From Candidatus Thalassarchaeum betae (GTDB lineage Archaea > Thermoplasmatota > Poseidoniia > Poseidoniales > Thalassarchaeaceae), in NCBI GenBank assembly GCA_022447095.1, contig JAKUUP010000006.1, positions 2,123 through 66,122 of the forward strand: a stretch of DNA of 64,000 bases, in the 5' to 3' direction. This document shows, one piece after another, positions 56,219-64,000 of this stretch (its first letter is position 1; the number at the start of each line of letters is the position of its first letter). A program made the translations under genes and the position numbers. The notes under the pieces were generated by a model. That model was not told the DNA's origin and did not search any database. It worked only from the letters and a program-made list of their open reading frames with translations.

Positions 56219-57232
56219 TTAGGCGTCTCGGTACTGACTCAGGAGCTCCCTGCTTTTCTTGGCGAATGGCACTGCGAACGCGACCGTCTTCAGGAGTCCA
56301 TTTATCTCATCCCGGGTCACCTTGATCCTATTGCTCGGCTCTAGCACATTCCCATCTCTGAGTAGGGCCAGTGTTCGCTGCCCGATTAACACCGGCAGCA
56401 TGCAGGCCCCACGCAGGCGGAACTGGCTGTGAGGGAGCATTCCGATGTACTCGACCGCTGCATCAAGATGGGACTCGGCCACATCGATGCAGGAGTCGAA
56501 AAGCGGTTTGAAGTGACCCATGTTTTCCGCGTCAAGCAAGTCCATTGGCTCCATCCCGATATCGGACAGGGATTTACTCGGAATGTAGCAACGCCCCATC
56601 CTTAGATCCGCAGGGATATCGCGAAGTATGTTGATCAATTGCAGTGCCTTGCCGAAACGAACTCCTTTCTCAAACATCGCTAATTCGGTCTCTTCATCAG
56701 TCTCGAACAGGTGATTGAGAGTCATCCGAGTCCAGAACTCTCCTACGCTTCCTGCGACTCTGTAGGCGTAGTCGTCCAGTTCCATGTCATCTGCTAGCGC
56801 GACTATCTGCCCCTCTCCGGCGTTTGCGAAGCGCTTCAGATCAAGGCTCTGGCCACCTACGATGATGTTGAGGCAGTGACGGATGTGCTGCTGATCAGAG
56901 TCAGAGAATCGGCTGACGCAAGCGACCGTGTCGTCAACTCTCTCCAGCAACTTCCTCTCGGAGGCAATCCTCTGTAGTTGCGCGAGTTCGGACAGGTCTG
57001 GAAGTGTGTTTGAGTTTCCTTGGGCGTACTCGTTGTAACGCTCGAGCGCCTGCAGTCTTTGAGCAGGAACTCCCCTTTCTGAGTCGGCTATAGTATCGGA
57101 CGTGCGTGCCAGCAGGTAGAGCAGTCCGACCTGCGAGCGGAGGCCTGAGGGGAGATTCTTGAGGGTGAGGTAGAACGAGCGCGAGGTCCCTTCGAGAATC
57201 GAATCCAGTTCAGGGTCTAGCAGTTCGGACAT
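56219..57232 (-). CDS. squalene synthase-like (farnesyl-diphosphate farnesyltransferase) protein
   Basis: TSRSF, YLLARTSDTIAD, YAYRVAGSVGEFWT and FGKALQLINILRD..D...GRCYIP motifs. Confidence 0.85.
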   Translation of the reverse strand: MSELLDPELDSILEGTSRSFYLTLKNLPSGLRSQVGLLYLLARTSDTIADSERGVPAQRLQALERYNEYAQGNSNTLPDLSELAQLQRIASERKLLERVDDTVACVSRFSDSDQQHIRHCLNIIVGGQSLDLKRFANAGEGQIVALADDMELDDYAYRVAGSVGEFWTRMTLNHLFETDEETELAMFEKGVRFGKALQLINILRDIPADLRMGRCYIPSKSLSDIGMEPMDLLDAENMGHFKPLFDSCIDVAESHLDAAVEYIGMLPHSQFRLRGACMLPVLIGQRTLALLRDGNVLEPSNRIKVTRDEINGLLKTVAFAVPFAKKSRELLSQYRDA

Positions 57233-57270
57233 GACCACACTCCCTCGGTCAAGCTCAGCCCGCTTCTCCC

Positions 57271-58200
57271 CTAAGACTCTCGCAGTCCCGCTTCAATCAG
57301 CACGTCAAGCAGAACGTCCCCGATTTTTGACGGATCTCTGGCTATGTGGATTCCCGCGGCCTCGAAGGCAGCGAACTTCTCCTCAGCCGTTCCCTTACCG
57401 CCTGAGATGATGGCGCCGGCATGACCCATCCTCTTGCCCGGTGGTGCGGTTGCTCCGGCAACGAAGCCTACGAGTGGCTTGGAGAAGTTCTCTGCTACCC
57501 ATTCGGCCGCATCCTCCTCGGCCGTGCCGCCGATCTCACCGATCATCACCACGGCCTTGGTTTCAGGGTCCTCTTCGAAGGCGGCGAGGCAGTCGATGAA
57601 ACCAGTTCCGGTAATCGGGTCGCCGCCAATTCCGATGCAGGTGGACTGGCCTTCGCCCACACCCATCGTCTGGGCCACCGCCTCGTAGGTGAGCGTGCCC
57701 GACCTTGAGATGATTCCGACGCGACCTTTGGTGTGGATGTAGCCCGGCATGATTCCGACCTTGCATCCACCGCTCTCTCCGGGACTAATGATTCCGGGAC
57801 AGTTTGGCCCGATGAGCCGCACACCCGGCCTCTGGCCTATGTGAGCGACCACTCGCACCATGTCCAAAGTAGGGATTCCCTCACTGATGCAGATGATTAG
57901 ACCGCCGCCGTTTAGCTTGTGGAAGGCGTCTGCGGCCTCCATTATCGCCGAGGCGGCGAACCTCGCTGGCACGTAGATGATGCTGGCTTCTCCACCTGTA
58001 TCGGAGACTGCCTCGGCCATGGTGTCGTAGACAGGGACCGAGCGGCCTGGCAGGTCGACGCTCTGGCCACCCTTGCCCGGTGTGACTCCACCGATGATAT
58101 CGGTGCCGTACTCGACCATTCTGGTTGCGTGAAACATCCCTTGACTACCGGTGAGTCCCTGCACCAATATCTTGCTGCCCTCGTGGATCCAGATGCTCAT
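57271..58200 (-). CDS. sucD: succinyl-CoA synthetase alpha subunit
   Basis: [24 protein letters not shown] and RMGHAGA motifs. Confidence 0.98.
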   Translation of the reverse strand: MSIWIHEGSKILVQGLTGSQGMFHATRMVEYGTDIIGGVTPGKGGQSVDLPGRSVPVYDTMAEAVSDTGGEASIIYVPARFAASAIMEAADAFHKLNGGGLIICISEGIPTLDMVRVVAHIGQRPGVRLIGPNCPGIISPGESGGCKVGIMPGYIHTKGRVGIISRSGTLTYEAVAQTMGVGEGQSTCIGIGGDPITGTGFIDCLAAFEEDPETKAVVMIGEIGGTAEEDAAEWVAENFSKPLVGFVAGATAPPGKRMGHAGAIISGGKGTAEEKFAAFEAAGIHIARDPSKIGDVLLDVLIEAGLRES

Positions 58201-59408
58201 GAGGAATCGCCTCCGATGACCTTGACGATGGCCTCTCCCGCCTCCGCGAGAGTACTGGTGGTAATGGTCTCTAGTTCGCAGGCGTCGAGAATCTCCTTGC
58301 CCTCCTTATGGTTAGTGCCCGAGAAGCGGACGACGAGGGGTACGTTGAGCCCCTTCTCCTCGGATGCTTCGATGATGCAGCGAGCGACCATGTCGCATCG
58401 GATGATGCCGCCGAAGACATTGACGAGGATCCCTTCCAGAGAAGGGTCTTCGAGGATTATTCCGAAGGCTGCGGTGATCGACTCGCGGTTGGCTCCGCCG
58501 CCGATGTCGAGGAAGTTCGCCGGCTCGCCACCATAGAGTTTGATGACATCCATCGTGGCCATGGCAAGCCCTGCGCCGTTGACTAGACAGCCGATGTCTC
58601 CGTCCAAGTCCACGTACGAGAGTCCGTGCGCGCGAGCGCGCATCTCGATATCGGACTCTTCGGAGAGGTCACGTAACCCGGCCCTCCAAGGGTGCCTGAA
58701 AGAGGCGTTATCATCGAAACTCACCTTGGAGTCAAGTGCGACCATCGTGCCGCCCTCGGTCTTGACCAGCGGGTTGATCTCGATCATAGAGCAGTCCCTG
58801 TCTATGAACATCGACACCAGTTGACCGACCATCTCTACGAAGGAGGCGTGCGCCGAGCCAGAGAGGCCCAGCGAGTCAGCCAGCGCGCTCTTCTGAGAGT
58901 CATGCAGGCCTTCGATAGGGTCCACCCAGGTCTTGTGGATGGCCTCGGGGGTATTCTCAGCCACCTCCTCGATGTCCACGCCGCCCTCCGTCGAGGCCAT
59001 GATGAGGACCGAGTTTTCCTCGCGGTCGATCAGAAGCGCTAGGTAGTACTCGTGCGCGATAGCGCAGCCAGCCTCGATGTAGAGGTTGTTGACGAGTTTG
59101 CCTAGGGGGCCCGTCTGCTTGGTCACCAGTGTGTGTCCGAGGATGTTTGAGGAGTATTCCTCTACATCCTCACGAGAGGAAGCAATCTTCACCCCACCTT
59201 CCATGACTAGGTCGTCGGAGTCGGTGCTGTACAGTTTGCCCTTGCCGCGTCCACCGGCGTGAATCTGACTCTTGACAGCGACCACTTCCGAGCCCAGCGA
59301 GTCGTAGGCTGCCAGAGCCTGCTCGACGCTCGTGCAGTGCACTCCGTCTTGGACTGCGACCCCTGCTTCCCTGAACAGGGCCTTGCCTTGGTACTCGTGG
59401 ATGTTCAT
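58197..59408 (-). CDS. sucC: succinyl-CoA synthetase beta subunit
   Basis: [23 protein letters not shown] and [11 protein letters not shown] motifs. Confidence 0.98.
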   Translation of the reverse strand: MNIHEYQGKALFREAGVAVQDGVHCTSVEQALAAYDSLGSEVVAVKSQIHAGGRGKGKLYSTDSDDLVMEGGVKIASSREDVEEYSSNILGHTLVTKQTGPLGKLVNNLYIEAGCAIAHEYYLALLIDREENSVLIMASTEGGVDIEEVAENTPEAIHKTWVDPIEGLHDSQKSALADSLGLSGSAHASFVEMVGQLVSMFIDRDCSMIEINPLVKTEGGTMVALDSKVSFDDNASFRHPWRAGLRDLSEESDIEMRARAHGLSYVDLDGDIGCLVNGAGLAMATMDVIKLYGGEPANFLDIGGGANRESITAAFGIILEDPSLEGILVNVFGGIIRCDMVARCIIEASEEKGLNVPLVVRFSGTNHKEGKEILDACELETITTSTLAEAGEAIVKVIGGDSS

Positions 59409-59512
59409 TGTACCCGGTCCGCGACTCACGCCCCGTCTTTCAACGATGCGCATGCGCACCGCGCGTGGCGCGGACGCGAAGCGCTCAAACGGGGCTGCAC
59501 GCCCGACGCACC

Positions 59513-60475
59513 ATGGACATCATAGTTCTGGCCGGTGGCTTCGGCACACGGCTACGTCCTTGGACCGACGGCCGTGCCAAGCCGCTACTGCCGCTACTCG
59601 ACAAGACCCTGCTCGAGAGAGTAGTTGAGGTGGTTCCTGCCGATATGGTCGACAGGATCGTGGTTGCAGCCGGTTACGGAATAGGGGAGATGGAGACCTT
59701 CTTTGCAGATGCGAGCCTACCTTACGAGGTGGTTCTATCTGTTGAGAAGGAAGCTCTGGGGACGGGTGGAGCGGTCTCTCTTGCGCGCCCCTATCTGACA
59801 GGTGAGGGGCCGGTTCTGGTGCTCAACGGCGATCTGATCTCCAGCGTCGATGTGGCCGCTCTGGCTACTCACCACGAGTCGTCGGGAGCCATGGTGACTC
59901 TGTCTTTGTGGGAGATCGAGGACCCGAGCCGATTCGGTGTCTGCGAACTCGACGATGCGGGCTTCATCCGCCGCTTCCAAGAGAAGCCCGAGCGCGGGAC
60001 CGAGTTCTCCAACCTGATCAATGCAGGATGCTACTTGATCGAGCGCGACGTTCTTGCAGGCCTAGCCAGCGAGCCTCACAGCATCGAGCGCGAAGTCTTC
60101 CCGAGGATTGCCGAGACTGGCAAGATGTCAGGTATGGCGTTCACAGGATACTTCGTCGACGCCGGAACCTCCGCGTCATTCATCGAAGCAGCGCAGGTTT
60201 GCATCGCCAATGGCCGCTACAACAGCGGGCAGGTAAACGGTGACTCATGGCTCGGCGACGGCTCGCACTGCAACGGATATCTCTCAGGCAGTTCCATCGG
60301 AGCCGGTTCGAATGTCGGAGCCGACGCCTCCTTGACCGACTGTGTGGTTCTTGCGGGCGCCAACATCGGAGCCGGGGCCTCTCTAACTCGATGCCTTGTG
60401 GGCGAGGGTGCAGTTGTGGCCGCAGGAGCAGAACTCTCCGATACCATCGTAGGACACCACGCTCATGTCGAGTGA
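59513..60475 (+). CDS. NDP-sugar pyrophosphorylase (mannose-1-P guanylyltransferase-like) with hexapeptide repeats
   Basis: LAGGFGTRLRP, LGTGG, NGD and EKP motifs; C-terminal left-handed beta-helix repeats. Confidence 0.92.
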   Translation: MDIIVLAGGFGTRLRPWTDGRAKPLLPLLDKTLLERVVEVVPADMVDRIVVAAGYGIGEMETFFADASLPYEVVLSVEKEALGTGGAVSLARPYLTGEGPVLVLNGDLISSVDVAALATHHESSGAMVTLSLWEIEDPSRFGVCELDDAGFIRRFQEKPERGTEFSNLINAGCYLIERDVLAGLASEPHSIEREVFPRIAETGKMSGMAFTGYFVDAGTSASFIEAAQVCIANGRYNSGQVNGDSWLGDGSHCNGYLSGSSIGAGSNVGADASLTDCVVLAGANIGAGASLTRCLVGEGAVVAAGAELSDTIVGHHAHVE

Positions 60476-61178
60476 GTCCGTCAGCGTCAAAGCAGGCCGT
60501 CCTCTCGCCCAGAGCGTGAGCGACTGCTTGGTCGTTGTCAATTTCAAGACCTACCAGACCGCCCATGGCGCGTCTGCAGAGGAACTAGCACGCGCCATGG
60601 CAGGCATCGAGACCGACGCACGACTCGTCGCTGCAGTCTCGGCCATCGACCTCTCGGCAGTAGTCGCAGCAGCACCTGGTCTTGAGGTCTGGACCCAACA
60701 CCTCGACCCTATCCGGTTCGGCTCGAACACCGGATGGCTCCACCCAGACACCGCAGTGGAGCGGGGTGCGACTGGCACCCTCATCAACCACGCCGAGCAC
60801 AAGGTCAGCATCGAGCACGTCGCCATGCTCCTCGACCAGGTGCCGGAGGACTTCTGCGTGTGCGCATGTGCGGCCGACATCGACGAGGCGCAGGCCCTCG
60901 CAGCCCTCGGCCCTACATATGTGGCAGTCGAGCCGCCCGAGCTCATCGGTGGCGTTGTCTCTGTGACCTCAGCCGACCCAGAGATAGTCAGTGGCACGGT
61001 CGCTGCAGTTCGAGAGGTGACCGATGATGTCGGAATACTCTGCGGAGCTGGTGTGAAGAGTGGCACGGATGTTGCAACGGCGATGGAACTCGGAACTACC
61101 GGGGTACTGCTAGCTAGCGGCGTTACCAAGGCAGACGACCCGGGGGCTGCGCTCGATGATCTCGTCTCAATGCTCTGA
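60465..61178 (+). CDS. tpiA: triosephosphate isomerase, archaeal type
   Basis: NFKTY, INHAE, AVEPPELIG, CGAGV and GVLLASGV motifs. Confidence 0.96.
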   Translation: MSSESVSVKAGRPLAQSVSDCLVVVNFKTYQTAHGASAEELARAMAGIETDARLVAAVSAIDLSAVVAAAPGLEVWTQHLDPIRFGSNTGWLHPDTAVERGATGTLINHAEHKVSIEHVAMLLDQVPEDFCVCACAADIDEAQALAALGPTYVAVEPPELIGGVVSVTSADPEIVSGTVAAVREVTDDVGILCGAGVKSGTDVATAMELGTTGVLLASGVTKADDPGAALDDLVSML

Positions 61179-62072
61179 TGGTTGCCTGAACTTGACGATC
61201 GAGTAGACAGCGACGCCGACGGCCACCGCTCCTGCTAGGATGTTCCAGTCTACCAGAGCGTCCAGTGCCACGGCCACTCCGAAGAATCCGGCTATTGCAA
61301 GAAACAGCATCACGTGGATGATGGGCCCTCCACTCAGTCGTGGGTCTAGGAAGTCGTACAGGTAGACCCCACCGCCGAATACGGCGTATGCGTTGGCGAA
61401 GCCGATGTAGGCCATGCCGAAGAGTATCGGGAACACCACCATACTCAGGTTGATGTCCACCCCCATCATCACCAGTTCCACCCCTAGGATGATGACGTTG
61501 CAGTTGTGCATCACCAACTCGTACCACTTGAAGTAATGGTTCACGTCGAACCCCTTCGAAAAATTGCTCGGTATCAAGTAGTGAGTGACGACCACACTGA
61601 CCAGCAGGGCCGTGCCACAGGCAACTGCGAACATGACTGGGATGGCAGCGAGCAGCAAACCGGTTACTTCGCCCCCCAGAACGTGGACCCAAGAGGATAA
61701 GGCTGCGAGTGCGAAGTAGACGCCGAAGGCGATGAAACTCCACACCGTGAACGGCACTAGTCTGTGCACTCCCAGCATATTCGCCTCACCCCTCTGCCTA
61801 CTCTCATAGAAGACAGGCAGTGAAGTACCGCCTTCCTTGTCGAGGCAGATTGCTGCGAGGGTGCAGAACGAAAGCAGCGCAGCAGCACTCCTGAACAGCG
61901 CCACTAGGATGTCAGGGAAATAGGCTGAGGAGGAGATTTGTTGGGAGGTGTGCGAGGCGTTCAAAGCATCACTTGTCAGGACGTAGTATAGGAGACAGAG
62001 GAAGCCCAATAGGACGAGTCCCCCGGTCTCGATGTGTCTGTCTCTCTCGCCGTACTCGCGTAGCCGACGCAT
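61167..62072 (-). CDS. multi-pass membrane protein (FAR-17a/AIG1-like features)
   Basis: 7-8 TM; FTVWS, MHNCN and YLYDFLD resemble the Thr/His membrane hydrolase pattern (tentative). Confidence 0.65.
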   Translation of the reverse strand: MRRLREYGERDRHIETGGLVLLGFLCLLYYVLTSDALNASHTSQQISSSAYFPDILVALFRSAAALLSFCTLAAICLDKEGGTSLPVFYESRQRGEANMLGVHRLVPFTVWSFIAFGVYFALAALSSWVHVLGGEVTGLLLAAIPVMFAVACGTALLVSVVVTHYLIPSNFSKGFDVNHYFKWYELVMHNCNVIILGVELVMMGVDINLSMVVFPILFGMAYIGFANAYAVFGGGVYLYDFLDPRLSGGPIIHVMLFLAIAGFFGVAVALDALVDWNILAGAVAVGVAVYSIVKFRQPSEH

Positions 62073-62127
62073 AAGGAGTGCAAATAATGCACTAACCTTC
62101 AATCCTATGCCGGCCTGATACTAATCG

Positions 62128-62235
62128 TCACTGCTTGGCGCGCTTGCGAGAGGCCTTTCGACGTCGTAATTTCTTCTTGCGCCACTTCCAGCGCTGCTTC
62201 CCGTGCTTCTTCCACGCACGGGAACCTCTCTTCAT
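62128..62235 (-). CDS. rpl41e: ribosomal protein eL41/eS32 (35 aa; absent from the ORF track)
   Basis: Manual translation: MKRGSRAWKKHGKQRWKWRKKKLRRRKASRKRAKQ. Confidence 0.88.
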   Translation of the reverse strand: MKRGSRAWKKHGKQRWKWRKKKLRRRKASRKRAKQ

Positions 62236-62290
62236 GCGCGTCGCCGACCTACTCTCCCTATTTGAGCGATTCGCGGGGGTCCACGAGGAA

Positions 62291-62367
62291 TGGTAGGCGA
62301 TACAGGATTCGAACCCGTGTCACCGGCTTAGAAGGCCAGCATGATATCCAGACTACACCAATCGCCC
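62291..62367 (-). tRNA. tRNA-Arg(TCT), CCA encoded, no intron
   Basis: GGGCGAT/ATCGCCT acceptor stem; anticodon arm CTGGC-CTTCTAA-GCCGG; GGTTCGAATCC T-arm; 3' ACCA. Confidence 0.95.
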
Positions 62368-62390
62368 TGATGTCACCGTGGGACGCCCGC

Positions 62391-63194
62391 TCAAGAACCC
62401 TGCTCGTCGTCCGGGACTTCATCGAGCAACTCTCCGACCGCTTCCTCGACCAGCTCCTGCATCTCCTCGGCGTCCGCCCCGGCGCTGTAGTTCAACGAGC
62501 CATCATCCCTGATGTCCGCACGCACGTCCGCCAAACTCCTGCCTACCGTCTCCGCGATGCCGGCTTGCAACTTCCTGCGCTCCCTACGCTTGCGGCGTAT
62601 CCTCCTGATGGTGCTGGTGATCCTCAGCAAGGTCTCGAGGATGGCCAGCAGAATGAGGCTGCTGAAGAACGACTTGGCCAGTTCGGGCAGGTTTCTCAGC
62701 AGTTCCTCAAACTCGCTCCACTGGACCGATGTCGAGCCGACTAGGAAGACTCCAAGGACGGCGAACGGCAGCATCTTGGCGACGTCTCTGGAGAGGTCCT
62801 CGGTCCAATACGCCAGTATGCGCACCGCACCGACGACCGAAGTTGCGATGAGGGCGTTCCTCGCGTGGTCTGAACTGTCTGAGAGCAGGGTCAGGATGAC
62901 TGCTAGTACGAGCGTCCAGAAGGCGATGAGGATCGGTATTATCACGATGTACTGGACGACGAAGAGCACGCTCCTGAGGTACTTCTTCACATTTCCACCG
63001 AAGTCGTTAGAGTACTTGCTGAGGTCGAGTTGGAGCAGGTCCTTCTTGGCCAGTGCTCGATAGAACACGAATACGAACCCAGAGTAGACAGCGACAGCGA
63101 TGATCGCCATCAGCGTCGGATAGGTCTCTCTGGCGAAGTCCTGAATTAGGGCGAACAACTCATCACTCGTAGCAGGTATCTCCACGGGGCTCAC
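62391..63194 (-). CDS. hypothetical membrane protein
   Basis: About 5 TM, a basic cluster, then an acidic tail. The start codon is uncertain. Confidence 0.7.
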   Translation of the reverse strand: MSPVEIPATSDELFALIQDFARETYPTLMAIIAVAVYSGFVFVFYRALAKKDLLQLDLSKYSNDFGGNVKKYLRSVLFVVQYIVIIPILIAFWTLVLAVILTLLSDSSDHARNALIATSVVGAVRILAYWTEDLSRDVAKMLPFAVLGVFLVGSTSVQWSEFEELLRNLPELAKSFFSSLILLAILETLLRITSTIRRIRRKRRERRKLQAGIAETVGRSLADVRADIRDDGSLNYSAGADAEEMQELVEEAVGELLDEVPDDEQGS

Positions 63195-63223
63195 ACGTGG
63201 GTGCGACTCAAGGTAGTTGCGCC

Positions 63224-63769
63224 CTACTGTGGACTGAAAGGTCTGGCGCACTTGGGGCACCTGCTAGGGGCGCTGATCCTTACCCGGTCCCAGGTGTGGC
63301 CGCAGTTGCCGCAGATCCACTGCCTCTCCGGCAGGCTGTCGAGCACCTCCTGACGCATCTTCCTCAGCACCGATGACTCGGCCAAGTTCGGCGCCGGTGC
63401 TATTTGCTTGACGAGGTCGGCGTGATTGCCACCGTGCTCGATCATCCCCGCCGCGTGCAGGAGTTCGTGGACGAGAGTGTGGCGGAACAGCATCCCGTCC
63501 TCGGCGAGTATCGGATTGAGCCCGATAGTGACTGCACCCGGTGCGACCCTCAGCCGGCGCCGTCTGAACAACTCGTTGTGGTCGTACTCAAAGCGGGTCA
63601 TCCCTAGGCGACTCTCGTCCGAGGGTAGCCACTCAAGGCTCAGATGCTTGCCGAGGTGACGCAGGAACGGGGCATCGTCCTTGCTCAGCACCGCCTTGAG
63701 TTCCTCGAGCAGACCTTCAGGCATCTCAGGGGCTGCCGTCCCATCGTTTTCATCTCCAGCTGTGGGCAC
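63224..63769 (-). CDS. SprT-like zinc metalloprotease with C-terminal zinc ribbon
   Basis: HELLH..EHG zincin motif; CGNC..CPKC. Confidence 0.78.
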   Translation of the reverse strand: MPTAGDENDGTAAPEMPEGLLEELKAVLSKDDAPFLRHLGKHLSLEWLPSDESRLGMTRFEYDHNELFRRRRLRVAPGAVTIGLNPILAEDGMLFRHTLVHELLHAAGMIEHGGNHADLVKQIAPAPNLAESSVLRKMRQEVLDSLPERQWICGNCGHTWDRVRISAPSRCPKCARPFSPQ

Positions 63770-63822
63770 GGTCCGGCGTGCCCCATTCTCCTTAAATGAC
63801 CGTCGTCGGTGGCATGCATATT

Positions 63823-63899
63823 GGGCGTGTGGCGCAGCTTGGAAGCGCGCTTCCTTGGCATGGAAGAGGCCCCGAGTTCAAATCTCGGCTCGTCCACCA
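63823..63899 (+). tRNA. tRNA-Ala(GGC), CCA encoded, no intron
   Basis: G3:U70 pair; anticodon arm CTTCC-TTGGCAT-GGAAG; CCGAG-TTCAAAT-CTCGG T-arm; 3' ACCA. Confidence 0.95.
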
Positions 63900-64000
63900 T
63901 CTTCTCTCAGACAATGTCAGGTCTAAGCTCGCAGCCCCGCGATATCAGAAACCGAGCAAAATAATGGGTTTGTTTGCCCCAAACCGCACTTCAGTGTACA

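Noticed and set aside
1-64000. Many long antisense or alternate-frame ORFs (e.g. 13349-14140, 25508-26224, 31795-32667, 45508-46191, 49792-50616)
   Set aside because: They are shadows of well-supported genes in high-GC DNA and show no recognisable motifs.
1-64000. CRISPR array, rRNA, transposase, integrase or provirus
   Set aside because: I saw no regularly spaced repeats, rRNA signatures, or recombinase, transposase or capsid motifs.

Overview
A gene-dense, high-GC archaeal core-genome segment. It carries TBP, ABCE1, archaeosine TGT, a CTP-dependent riboflavin kinase, archaeal-type TPI, eL41 and SepF, mixed with bacterial-like genes and large acidic secreted proteins. This content is most consistent with Marine Group II (Ca. 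Poseidoniales, Thermoplasmatota); that assignment is an inference. I count about 58 CDS and two CCA-encoding tRNAs (Arg-TCT, Ala-GGC), and saw no CRISPR array, rRNA or transposase. The most notable observations are: (1) a circularly permuted glycerophosphodiester phosphodiesterase with its catalytic HRG strand at the C-terminus; (2) a TBP with a 53-aa insertion, alongside a recurrent non-canonical YTSAW box 29-31 nt before start codons; (3) a beta-propeller gene flanked by a 17-bp direct repeat that is itself the promoter box; (4) a reverse-order fused aconitase X plus mevalonate kinase, and tandem phytoene/squalene-type synthases; (5) an archaeosine TGT lacking the Zn-binding cysteines; (6) transporters with grafted Asp-rich, Ca-binding-like domains. 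All calls come from motif recognition by eye; no searches were run.
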